A DNA stretch of 47,935 nucleotides from an uncultured Candidatus Saccharibacteria bacterium (lineage in GTDB: Bacteria; Patescibacteriota; Minisyncoccia; Phycocordibacterales; 01-FULL-45-15b). Numbering within the stretch: position 1 is the stretch's first letter; each line of letters opens with the position of its first letter. Under the pieces are notes generated by a model. It had not been told where the DNA came from, did not search any database, and saw nothing but the letters and a program-made list of their open reading frames with translations. Position numbers and translations under genes: made by a program. The DNA is taken from positions 1-47,935 of the forward strand of contig CAYJVZ010000001.1 of assembly GCA_964373765.1 (NCBI GenBank). Reading direction: 5' to 3'. Of the stretch, positions 1-7,889 are shown piece after piece.

Positions 1-4
1 AGAC

Positions 5-145
5 AAACTTTTGCGACGGCAAAAGTTTAGTCGAGGGCGAATCCTCGCGGGCGGACCCGTTTAGCACACCCAAGCCCCAGCCTAAGAGCCTTGGGGCTTT
101 TTGGGTTGCTTGGGTCCGACTAAGCAAGCAAACTGCTTTGCTTGC
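5..145. other. Cluster of GC-rich hairpins at the window edge. Possibly the 3' end of a structured RNA cut by the window, or stacked terminators.
   Basis: Four stems with no ORF across them: a perfect 10-bp stem aaacttttgc/gcaaaagttt (5-28); cgagg/cctcg (32-47); aagcccca/tggggctt followed by a T-run (72-102); and a perfect 9-bp stem gcaagcaaa/tttgcttgc (124-145). Confidence 0.35.
72..102 (+). terminator. Rho-independent terminator-like hairpin
   Basis: 8-bp stem aagcccca/tggggctt with a 12-nt loop, followed by ttttt. Confidence 0.4.
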
Positions 146-226
146 GAGATGAGAGAGGACTTGAAAACCTTCGATAGTTTTTTTAGCGCTTTGAAAAAAT
201 ACACTCGATTTTAACTTCAGTAGAAA

Positions 227-260
227 ATATTATTTAGTTACGATCGTAACTAAATAATAT
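227..260. repeat. 34-bp perfect palindrome
   Basis: atattatttagttacga|tcgtaactaaataatat has 17-bp arms that are exact reverse complements, centred on cgatcg. Confidence 0.9.
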
Positions 261-271
261 ATCGCGCTATG

Positions 272-320
272 AGGTCGCACTGTCACTATGAGGCGTCGCC
301 TCATAGTGACAGTGCGACCT
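272..320. repeat. 49-bp palindrome with 24-bp perfect arms, carrying the ATAGTGACAG motif
   Basis: aggtcgcactgtcactatgaggcg-t-cgcctcatagtgacagtgcgacct. The 10-mer atagtgacag recurs at 304-313 and 334-343, and as its reverse complement at 280-289. Confidence 0.9.
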
Positions 321-415
321 AGTGACACGCCTTATAGTGACAGATTGTTGCTTTTAAAATTTCATATTGATAGTATCGAGTCAGACTTGAACATTCACAC
401 AAACAAAGGAATAGT

Positions 416-1411
416 ATGATTCTGCGCGGAATTGATTTCGGTCATGTCTGGCAAGCGTCGGGCGCCACAAATTTTTACGGGCAAGGCTGGTGGTACCATC
501 ATTGGCTTAAAATGTTTGGCCTGGACTTTAGTGGATCGACATTCGTTGCTAAAACAACCACATTAGATGTTCGCCTTGGGAATATGCCCATGAAACAAGA
601 TGGCGTTACGCCAAAAGAACTTCTGCCAAAATGTATTCATGTAAACAGAAAAACGCGCGCGGCCGTCAATGCTGTTGGCCTCTCTGGTCCAGGATTAACT
701 TCTCTCATCTCGTCGAATAAATGGCAAGAGAGACGAGAGCCGTTTTTCATCTCACTTATGTCGCTTGCAAAAACAGCGGCAGAAAGACGCAGAGAATTAA
801 GCACTTGCGCAGTTCATCTCGGCATAGAAAAACCTAGCTTCAAAGCTCCGTTTGGAATTCAGGTTAATTTCTCATGTCCTAACGGAGGAATCAATCCGGC
901 GGACTTAATCAAGGAGGTTAAACCCTGCCTCGATATTTTCGCGCCACTTGAAGTCCCGATCGTCGCCAAGTTCGGACCCGATCTTTCGATTGAGGCCGCA
1001 CTTGAGATTGAGAAACATCCGGCGCTGGACGGGTTTTCGGTCTTTAATACGCTTCCGTGGAATAAACTTCCCGATAGCGAGAAGATTTATTACTTCGGCT
1101 CGACCATCTCTCCATTGATACGACACCTCGGAGAAAAATTTCCGGGTGGCGTTTCTGGCGCCCCGCTTCTTGAGCGTCTTCAAAAATGGATCGCTACGGC
1201 GCGAAACGCCGGACTCAAAAAACCTATTAATGCCGGCGGCGGAATCCTAAACAGCATTGATGCATTTCGTTTGATTGGATCGGGAGCTGATTCAATATCG
1301 CTTGGCTCAATAGCCTTCCTCGCACCGACACAGGTTCAAAAAACTATTAGCGAAGTTACTCGCTACTGCGAAAACTCGAACAAACTCCTCAAATCGCGCC
1401 AATCTTCTTAG
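416..1411 (+). CDS. Dihydroorotate dehydrogenase-family TIM-barrel flavoenzyme (class 1-like)
   Basis: Motifs in DHOD order: QASGATN, NAVGLSGPG (compare NSMGLPNLG), VNFSCPN (the NLSCPN catalytic Cys loop), GGVSGAP, and INAGGGI..SIDAFRLIGSGADSISLGS (FMN phosphate loop). The region is GC-rich relative to the rest of the window. Confidence 0.6.
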   Translation: MILRGIDFGHVWQASGATNFYGQGWWYHHWLKMFGLDFSGSTFVAKTTTLDVRLGNMPMKQDGVTPKELLPKCIHVNRKTRAAVNAVGLSGPGLTSLISSNKWQERREPFFISLMSLAKTAAERRRELSTCAVHLGIEKPSFKAPFGIQVNFSCPNGGINPADLIKEVKPCLDIFAPLEVPIVAKFGPDLSIEAALEIEKHPALDGFSVFNTLPWNKLPDSEKIYYFGSTISPLIRHLGEKFPGGVSGAPLLERLQKWIATARNAGLKKPINAGGGILNSIDAFRLIGSGADSISLGSIAFLAPTQVQKTISEVTRYCENSNKLLKSRQSS

Positions 1412-1434
1412 CGATCTTTGTTGATTAACAATTC

Positions 1435-1464
1435 TGCGCTCCTTTATCATGGGGGCGCATTTTT
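1435..1464 (+). terminator. Rho-independent terminator after the DHOD-like gene
   Basis: Stem tgcgctcc/ggggcgca (one G-U pair) followed by ttttt. Confidence 0.5.
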
Positions 1465-1543
1465 CTTACTTTTATGACTTTTCTTGCTTTCCATATTTTT
1501 TGATGTACTATGGCCGACAGACACTTAAACAAAAAAGGACCTT

Positions 1544-2623
1544 GTGAAAATAAAACATGAGCGAAATCGTCCCATTAAAAGAGTTGCCGTCCAAGCGCTT
1601 GCCAACATTCACTGGCACGGTCGCGAATGTGGCGAAATAATGAACGCCCTTATCACGCATTCAATTAGCGGTGGCGCGGACATTCTTGCTCCAATGCCAA
1701 ACACTATTAAGCCTCTTATCAGCGCCGAATTGGTTACTGATTATATTAATAAGGCCAGAGATTTTTGCGAACTCTGGAAACTTAGGTTGTGTTTGATGCC
1801 TATAGTTATGCTTACTGAAAACACGACAAGAGATATGCTTGTTTCGTGTATTAAAGCGGAAATTGTTGATGGGAAAATATATCCCTACATGCGAACGACG
1901 CAGTCAGACCATGGAATAAGGCGCTATGGAAAAATACTTGAGGTGGTGAAGTGGTGCGGAGAACTAGGTGTTAAAGTGCATGGCCACTTTGAGCATCCGA
2001 ATGCCATATACATTGACCGCGACTGCGAGTACTTGTGCCTTCCTCTTGTGGAGATGTTCCTTCAAGAAACAAGCGCCACGATAATTTGGGAACACGGGTC
2101 AGATGCGCGATGTATTCCGGCTTGGAAACAATTCGCCAAGACAGGTAAGTTCTTTGTAACACTGACCGCTCATCATCTTGCGTCAAATGAGGACATTGCC
2201 TCGGGAGATGTTCGAAAACGCTGTCGGCCTCTGATCAAAACAGAACGAGATCGCGGAGATCTTGTGCAACTAGTAGCTGAGGATCACTCGTGGGTTATGG
2301 CGGGACCGGATGATGCAGCTCATGATCGAAATCGAAAGCATGTCTTAAAAGGACAATGTTCTTGCGGAGCTTTTACCTCTCCGTTTTTACATTCCTTATA
2401 TGCGCATGCTTTAGACGAGCTATTCGAGACAGAAAAGAGGACGCAGACATACATTAACTTCACAAGCCGCAATGCACGGGAATTGCATAATTTGCCGCAA
2501 TCTTCACGCTTCGTTACTCTTGTCAGAACTCCTTTTATTATTCCTGATTCATACAATGTTGGATCATGGATAGTAGAACCTTATGGAGCTGGAGAAACAA
2601 TCGCTTGGAGCATGGAAAAATAG
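1544..2623 (+). CDS. pyrC: Dihydroorotase-like amidohydrolase (class II PyrC type), GTG start
   Basis: Collinear with E. coli PyrC landmarks: NIHWHGRE (DWHLHLRD), PMPNT (VMPNL), DGKIYP (AAKLYP, carboxylated Lys), VHGH (VHGE), WEHGS (FEHIT), TAHHL (TPQHL), GPDDAAHDRNRKH..CSCGAF (GTDSAPHARHRKE..CGCAG.F), and PYGAGETIAWSM (PFLAGETVRWSV). Confidence 0.7.
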   Translation: MKIKHERNRPIKRVAVQALANIHWHGRECGEIMNALITHSISGGADILAPMPNTIKPLISAELVTDYINKARDFCELWKLRLCLMPIVMLTENTTRDMLVSCIKAEIVDGKIYPYMRTTQSDHGIRRYGKILEVVKWCGELGVKVHGHFEHPNAIYIDRDCEYLCLPLVEMFLQETSATIIWEHGSDARCIPAWKQFAKTGKFFVTLTAHHLASNEDIASGDVRKRCRPLIKTERDRGDLVQLVAEDHSWVMAGPDDAAHDRNRKHVLKGQCSCGAFTSPFLHSLYAHALDELFETEKRTQTYINFTSRNARELHNLPQSSRFVTLVRTPFIIPDSYNVGSWIVEPYGAGETIAWSMEK

Positions 2624-2634
2624 TTATGGAATGC

Positions 2635-2668
2635 AATGCCGCAAAAAAACAACTTTTGCGGCATTTTT
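2635..2668 (+). terminator. Terminator hairpin between the convergent pyrC-like and holA genes
   Basis: 12-bp stem aatgccgcaaaa/ttttgcggcatt with a 7-nt loop, then a T-run on the plus strand. Confidence 0.55.
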
Positions 2669-3377
2669 ATATACTCAACACAAATTTTTCCAAAGCAATA
2701 TCCAACTCAATCTTGCCAACTCTCGCGTCATGGTATATGTCAACCAATTTAGAGGCAAAATTATTTAATTCATCGCCTGAATAATTCAAGGCGTATTTTT
2801 TCGCTTTGCTGTAGACAAAACCATTTAATCCGCTGTTTTCTTTGGACGATTCTCTGGCTAAAATCATGTTTTTAACAGTCCAAAAAAGTATTCCGTGGAT
2901 CTGCTCCGCCTCGGCGCCTTGCAATTTGGCTTTGTTGTAATTTATCCATGAATTTTTTTTGTTCCTTGCTCCAAATGAATCACTGAAGGCAAAAATATTA
3001 AATTCTTCTTTTGGCAACTTTTTTGCGAGAATAAATTCCTGTATTTTCGCCAGTTTGTTGAAGGCCTTCAGTATCGGTTTAGCCAGCACTCCGTCAAGAA
3101 AAATAAAAATGTTGTCTGAATTTGAAACTTTTTCAAGATTGCTCAAGATATCCTCTTTGGAGTCTTCTCGCGCCAGTAAATTATCCAAAAAAACAATAAA
3201 TTTATTTTCAAACAAACCTTGACTTACAATATATTCTTGAAAAAGAGTTTTTTGCCAATTCTCACTGTGAAGACGGAAAAATGAGGCATTTGGTTTTTTT
3301 TCCTTCAGAGAATTAATCAATTGGCGCGCTTTGTTTCTAGCTCCTTTGGCGTCCGATCCATAAAGTAAATAAATCAT
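2667..3377 (-). CDS. holA: DNA polymerase III delta subunit (short form)
   Basis: The N-terminus MIYLLYGSD...ARNKA...L is typical of HolA. The protein is 236 aa, with a helical C-terminal half. The call rests on overall resemblance only. Confidence 0.5.
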   Translation of the reverse strand: MIYLLYGSDAKGARNKARQLINSLKEKKPNASFFRLHSENWQKTLFQEYIVSQGLFENKFIVFLDNLLAREDSKEDILSNLEKVSNSDNIFIFLDGVLAKPILKAFNKLAKIQEFILAKKLPKEEFNIFAFSDSFGARNKKNSWINYNKAKLQGAEAEQIHGILFWTVKNMILARESSKENSGLNGFVYSKAKKYALNYSGDELNNFASKLVDIYHDARVGKIELDIALEKFVLSI

Positions 3378-3410
3378 GATATTAACGTCATTAAGTATAA
3401 CTAAATACTA

Positions 3411-3445
3411 GAAAATAAAAATCCTCCAGAAACGGTCTGGAGGAT
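3411..3445 (-). terminator. Rho-independent terminator or attenuator hairpin upstream of holA
   Basis: 10-bp perfect stem atcctccaga/tctggaggat with a 5-nt loop. On the minus strand it is followed by ttttattttc. Confidence 0.5.
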
Positions 3446-3552
3446 TACGCGCTCATCGCATGTGTATACCATTTCAGAAGCATAAGAACTACTGTGACAC
3501 TAATCTTAAGACATGCTTACTCCTTGAATTGGCGCGTTTAAGGAGGAATTTC

Positions 3553-3581
3553 ATAATATAAAATATCAGCGCCAAAATCAA
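3553..3581 (-). promoter_or_regulatory. Sigma70-like promoter on the minus strand (TTGATT-17-TATTAT)
   Basis: Reverse complement of 3576-3581 is TTGATT and of 3553-3558 is TATTAT, with an exact 17-nt spacer. Confidence 0.35.
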
Positions 3582-3593
3582 TAATCATAAGAA

Positions 3594-3619
3594 ATCCCCC
3601 AAGAACAGCTTGGGGGGAT
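3594..3619 (-). terminator. Terminator-like hairpin downstream of polA
   Basis: Stem atcccccaag/cttgggg(g)gat with one bulged G. Its architecture is similar to the 3421-3445 hairpin. On the minus strand it is followed by a T-rich stretch, ttcttatgatt. Confidence 0.4.
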
Positions 3620-3744
3620 ACATTTTTAACCGCTAAATTACAAAGGACGAACTTCTTTAGGCTTTTTTACATGCTAGCGGAAAATCTCCTTGGATTTATG
3701 TATCTAATGTGGTCTGTCTTTTATTATAATATGAAAAAACTTTA

Positions 3745-6126
3745 TCAGTCAACATAATTAAGTTCCCCCCAATTATCCCCCGCTTTGGCATTCACAATAA
3801 TCGGCACGTCTTTCGCTTGGCTCTGGTCTAAAATGTTCTCCATGATTTTTTTAATATCATTAACAACAGAACTGACCAGATCGTCTTTTATTTCGTAAAC
3901 CAACTCGTCGTGAACCTGAAGCAATAGAAAAACATTTTTTTTCAAATTATCTTTCTCTATATAGTCATTGACTTTCCTCATGGCGATTTTAATAATGTCC
4001 GATTGCGTGCCTTGAATAGGCGCGTTGATAGCCATTCTCTCGGCAGAAGCTCTAATGTAAGGAATTTTTGACTTTATGCCCTCAAAATGCCTTTTTCTGC
4101 CAAATAGAGTTTCGGTGTATCCTTTTTCCGAGGCGCTTTTTTTTATTTCCTCAAGATAGTCGGCCAATTTAGAGAATTTAGTAAAATAGCTATCGTAGAA
4201 TTTTTGAGCTTCTTTTCTTGTGCCGCCTAAATTCTGCCGAAGAGCGTTGATGCCCATTCCATAAATAATGCCGAAATTTATTATTTTAGCCTTGCGGCGC
4301 ATTTCTTGATCTACTTCATCAAGGGCGATATCAAAAACCTTGGATGCCACCGCCGAATGCACATCTTCGCCCTTTTTAAAAATGTCTATGAGATTTTGAT
4401 CGTTGGAGAGAATTGCCGCTATCCTAAGTTCTACTTGCGAATAATCAAAAGAGACTAGCTTGAATCCATCTTCCGCAATAAAAGCTTTTCGCACGGAACC
4501 CTCGTGAGAAACGCCTTTTGGGATATTTTGCAAATTTGGATTTTGAGAGGACATTCGACCAGTGGTCGTGCCCGATAATATAAAATCGCCATGAAGCCTT
4601 GAAGCTTTATCCAGATATTCAGGAATAACGTCAACATATGTTGATAGAAGTTTCTGCAATTCCCTGTATTCCAGTATTAGATTAATTATTCTATGCTCGT
4701 CTTTCAATTTGAGCAGTTCAGATTCCCTTGTTGAGCGGGCCCCACCTTCCGTTTTTTTAATATAAGCTGTTTTTAGTTTTAATTTGTCAAATAAAATGAC
4801 CCCTAGTTGCTTCGGAGAATTTATATTAAACTCTTGGTCCGCGCTTTTGTATATTTTTTCTTCAAGTTTTGAAAGTTTTTGATGGTAACTTTTGGACAAC
4901 TCTTTTAGATACTGTTTATCTATTTTAACTCCGCGATTTTTCATTTCATCAACCGCGCTTAAAAGAGGCAGTTCTATCTCTTGGTAAACAGTTTTTAATG
5001 TTCTTTTATCCAATTCTCCAAAAATAATTTTTTTGGCTTTCTCAAAATCGTCAGTTTTGGCGAAATTTAAAATGTCCTCTATATCGGGATTCGTAATATT
5101 TGAATCCACAACCCAAAGAGCCAGAGCGGTCTTTTTTAATTCTTCCTGATTGATTTCTCTTTTTTCTTCAAGAGAACTTTTTTGCGAATCAGCCTTGCCA
5201 TTTTTTAAAAGAAGATCTTTCAACCTCTGGCTTAGAGTCCTGAATTCCAATTCTTTAAAAAGATTTACAACTTCGTTTGCTTGAACTGATTCGGCCCACC
5301 TTTTTTCCGGCAGTTTAAAGTTTATAGGCGCGTCTTTCCTGATTTCGGCCAAAGTCTTGGAAAATCGCGCCTCCTCTTCATTTTCACGCAAAAGATCTAT
5401 GATTCTTTGCTTAAAACCCGCGTCCAAAAAAGCCTTATCTCCCTTTTTTAATTTCTGATATATTTGTTCTATAGCGCCGAATTTCTGGATAAGAAGTGAA
5501 GCGGTCTTTTCACCAATGCCCCGCACTCCTATAATATTATCCGAAGGATCGCCTCTAAGACCTTTGTAATCCGGCAATAGCTTTGGCTTGAATCCAAACC
5601 TGTCAATCACCGCTTTTTCGTCGTAGATAATAGTGTCGTTTATGCCTTTCTTTAAAGTGAAAACGCGGACTTTTTTCCCTTGGACAAGTTGGAGAGTGTC
5701 CATGTCTCCGGAAGCGATTATTATTTCAAGATCTTCAAGCGAAGATGTTAATTCAACTATAGTGCCTAAAATGTCATCGGCCTCAAATTTAGGCTTATCG
5801 TAAATAGGAATTCCAAAAGCCCTAACCACATGGCGCGATCTTTCAAGTTGAGAAATAAGATCGTCTTCGGCTTTTTTTCTTCCCGCTTTATAATTTTCAT
5901 AGGCTTCGTGCCTGAATGTTTTCTCCGGCAAGTCATAACAGGCAATCAGATAATCAGGCTTAAATTCATTGATAATCTTTATTAAAATGGCCGATAGTCC
6001 ATAAAGTGCGCCCGTGGGTTCGCCCTTGCTTGAAGAAAAGTCTGGCAAAGCATGATACGCCCTGTGCAAAATAGCGTGGGAGTCGAGGAGCACCAGTCGC
6101 CTGCTTTTTTCCTTAGAAACAATCAT
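3745..6126 (-). CDS. polA: DNA polymerase I
   Basis: N-terminal 5' nuclease region (LLDSHAILHRAYHAL). Family A polymerase motifs are present: DYSQVELRIAA (motif A), RRKAKIINFGIIYGMG (motif B) and QVHDELVYE (motif C). Confidence 0.95.
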   Translation of the reverse strand: MIVSKEKSRRLVLLDSHAILHRAYHALPDFSSSKGEPTGALYGLSAILIKIINEFKPDYLIACYDLPEKTFRHEAYENYKAGRKKAEDDLISQLERSRHVVRAFGIPIYDKPKFEADDILGTIVELTSSLEDLEIIIASGDMDTLQLVQGKKVRVFTLKKGINDTIIYDEKAVIDRFGFKPKLLPDYKGLRGDPSDNIIGVRGIGEKTASLLIQKFGAIEQIYQKLKKGDKAFLDAGFKQRIIDLLRENEEEARFSKTLAEIRKDAPINFKLPEKRWAESVQANEVVNLFKELEFRTLSQRLKDLLLKNGKADSQKSSLEEKREINQEELKKTALALWVVDSNITNPDIEDILNFAKTDDFEKAKKIIFGELDKRTLKTVYQEIELPLLSAVDEMKNRGVKIDKQYLKELSKSYHQKLSKLEEKIYKSADQEFNINSPKQLGVILFDKLKLKTAYIKKTEGGARSTRESELLKLKDEHRIINLILEYRELQKLLSTYVDVIPEYLDKASRLHGDFILSGTTTGRMSSQNPNLQNIPKGVSHEGSVRKAFIAEDGFKLVSFDYSQVELRIAAILSNDQNLIDIFKKGEDVHSAVASKVFDIALDEVDQEMRRKAKIINFGIIYGMGINALRQNLGGTRKEAQKFYDSYFTKFSKLADYLEEIKKSASEKGYTETLFGRKRHFEGIKSKIPYIRASAERMAINAPIQGTQSDIIKIAMRKVNDYIEKDNLKKNVFLLLQVHDELVYEIKDDLVSSVVNDIKKIMENILDQSQAKDVPIIVNAKAGDNWGELNYVD

Positions 6127-6127
6127 C

Positions 6128-6571
6128 CTAATCTTGTTCTATCTCTCTCGTCATTTCATTGACGCTTCTAAAGCGGATGGTTTTGGAATTTTGCGGGAAA
6201 ATATCCATGATTTTGTCGGGCCATTCAACAAAAATGACATTGCTCGGCTCGGAGGCGATATGGTCCCATCCAAGATATTTAAGCTCGTGGCCCGAATGCA
6301 GTCTGTATGCGTCAATGTGAATTAAATTGCGAAATAATTTATTTTCAATTCTGTAAATCTTTTGCAATACAAAAGTGGGGCTGGTGATTTTTTCATCAAT
6401 TTTGAAATGCTTGGCCACTCCCTGCATAAAAACCGTTTTGCCCGAACCCAAATCACCCTTTAATCCAATGACTGTGGCGTTTATGGAATGGGGCGATAAT
6501 TTCCTGACATATTCAAAACCGATATTAGCGGTATCTTCTGGACTTTTTGAGATGATTTTCATAATGCACAA
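6128..6571 (-). CDS. tsaE: tRNA t6A37 biosynthesis ATPase TsaE
   Basis: P-loop GDLGSGKT in a roughly 145-aa protein, with the HIDAYR motif. The stop is 1 nt from the polA start. The true start may be the Met at 6562. Confidence 0.8.
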   Translation of the reverse strand: MCIMKIISKSPEDTANIGFEYVRKLSPHSINATVIGLKGDLGSGKTVFMQGVAKHFKIDEKITSPTFVLQKIYRIENKLFRNLIHIDAYRLHSGHELKYLGWDHIASEPSNVIFVEWPDKIMDIFPQNSKTIRFRSVNEMTREIEQD

Positions 6572-6587
6572 ATTCTATCACTAGTCA

Positions 6588-6623
6588 GAAAAAACAAAAA
6601 CGCAGTCCCTCTCGAGACTGCGT
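6588..6623 (-). terminator. Rho-independent terminator of the Gly/Tyr-rich gene
   Basis: Stem acgcagtc/gactgcgt. On the minus strand it is followed by tttttgtttttt. Confidence 0.6.
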
Positions 6624-6644
6624 TGTGCGAGGCGAATCAGCCAG

Positions 6645-7274
6645 TTAATGGCGATGCCTGCGCAGGTTTCTTTGGTAGGTGTGGTAAGCGCCGCCCCTCC
6701 ACCCGATACCGGCTCCAAAACTGCCGCCCACTGATTTGTATGTATCAATAACTATGGGCTGCTGGTAGCCATGACTGCTATAGCCGTATCCATAACTTGG
6801 GCGGTATATTCCGAGGGAACCGTAACCGCCGATGTTATGGAAACTGCCGTAGATGCCTTGCTGCGGATATTGGCCGCAATAATTGCCGTAGCCACCTCCG
6901 TAACCACTGCCGCTTGCTCCGTAGCTACTGCCATAACCGCCGTATCCACCTCCGTAGCTTCCGTAGCGCGTTACTCTTTGCGCTTGGCGGTATTGCTCGC
7001 GAAGCAGAGCTTTTTGCCGCCGCTCTTCGTCGTAGGTCTCTTTGTTGTAAGCGCGGTCTTGTTCCGGCGGAACATACCATTTGGCATCCGTTTCGTGCTG
7101 ACCCGACCACCGGCCAAGATCAGTCTTCATTTCCGGCGCCCATTGCCCCTGATTGTACTCGTGGACTTTGTCATTCTTTTGAACGACAAGCCCAGAAAAA
7201 ATCGGGACGTTTCCGGCCAGAAGAGAGAAGCAGGCAGACAGAAACAAAACTAACAATGAACTGAATTTACGCAT
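6645..7274 (-). CDS. Secreted Gly/Tyr-rich low-complexity protein
   Basis: Signal-peptide-like N-terminus MRKFSSLLVLFLSACFSLLAG. A charged middle section is followed by about 90 aa of YG/GGY/SYG repeats and a basic tail RNLRRHRH. It has its own terminator. Confidence 0.6.
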   Translation of the reverse strand: MRKFSSLLVLFLSACFSLLAGNVPIFSGLVVQKNDKVHEYNQGQWAPEMKTDLGRWSGQHETDAKWYVPPEQDRAYNKETYDEERRQKALLREQYRQAQRVTRYGSYGGGYGGYGSSYGASGSGYGGGYGNYCGQYPQQGIYGSFHNIGGYGSLGIYRPSYGYGYSSHGYQQPIVIDTYKSVGGSFGAGIGWRGGAYHTYQRNLRRHRH

Positions 7275-7837
7275 TTTGAACCTTTTGATTGCTGTTTATC
7301 GCTGAATTTCCAAATCCAGCTTTATGTTCTTGTGCTATTCTATCATATATAGTTTTATCTGTCAAATCGTCCGCCCCTGAATTATCATTCTAAATGCAAC
7401 CCAGTTTGCAGGCTAATTGCAACCCCTCTTTACCCGAGTTCAACAATCAATTGCAACTCATATGGCTCATGTGCGTGGCGGGCACAAATAACCCTAATAT
7501 GCCGAGGATGGAGAGGGGTGGAGTGAATCTCGTCAAATATCGAGGTTGGTCGTGGATCTGGGACACTCCGTGTTCAAGTCCACATCGCCGTCTCCTAGGT
7601 CCACGTATTTTTAAGCATTTTCCAAACACATCGAAACTATCCGACCGTGACTGTTCGATGTGCGTGTCATTTTTGCCGATATTTGTCATTTGTACTTGTA
7701 AGCGCCTTACTTGGGCAGGCCGTGTCCAAGTGTAGTTGGAGCGTTCTTGTAAAAAGCTTTTCTGATTATTTCGCGGAATTTTAGAATGTTTATGAATGAT
7801 TCTTTGATTTGCGCATTTTGAGACGCTAGGAATCTGT

Positions 7838-7868
7838 TAAAGAAAAACCAGCCTCTTAAAAGAAGCTG
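7838..7868 (-). terminator. Terminator-like hairpin after the receiver-domain gene
   Basis: Stem ccagcctc/gaagctgg with one mismatch. A T-run follows on the minus strand. Confidence 0.4.
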
Positions 7869-7889
7869 GCTATCGCCCTTTCACCTAGT

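Noticed and set aside
905-2556. Minus-strand ORFs 905-1183, 1971-2186 and 2320-2556
   Set aside because: They are antisense to the DHOD-like and pyrC-like genes, which have clear family motifs.
2566-3222. Plus-strand ORFs 2566-2784, 2583-2768 and 2959-3222
   Set aside because: They overlap the pyrC terminator and the holA gene on the opposite strand. They are low-complexity and have no start context.
6771-7264. Two long plus-strand ORFs (160 and 155 aa) and smaller ORFs overlapping the Gly/Tyr-rich gene
   Set aside because: These are mirror-frame artefacts of the GGN/GCC-rich repeat. Only the minus frame has a signal peptide, an RBS-like AAGG and a downstream terminator.
7510-7595. Possible tRNA, with an acceptor-like pairing ggagagg/ccgtctcc and a gttcaagtcc T-loop-like motif
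   Set aside because: On neither strand could I build a 5-bp T stem, a D arm or an anticodon arm of canonical geometry. It is reported only as an unexplained fragment and needs tRNAscan-SE or ARAGORN.
7394-7735. 113-aa plus-strand ORF, with the 80-aa antisense ORF 7447-7689
   Set aside because: The translation is rich in Cys, Trp, Pro and Arg with no domain-like pattern. There is no RBS, and the ORF lies in a GC-richer non-coding stretch where random ORFs are expected.
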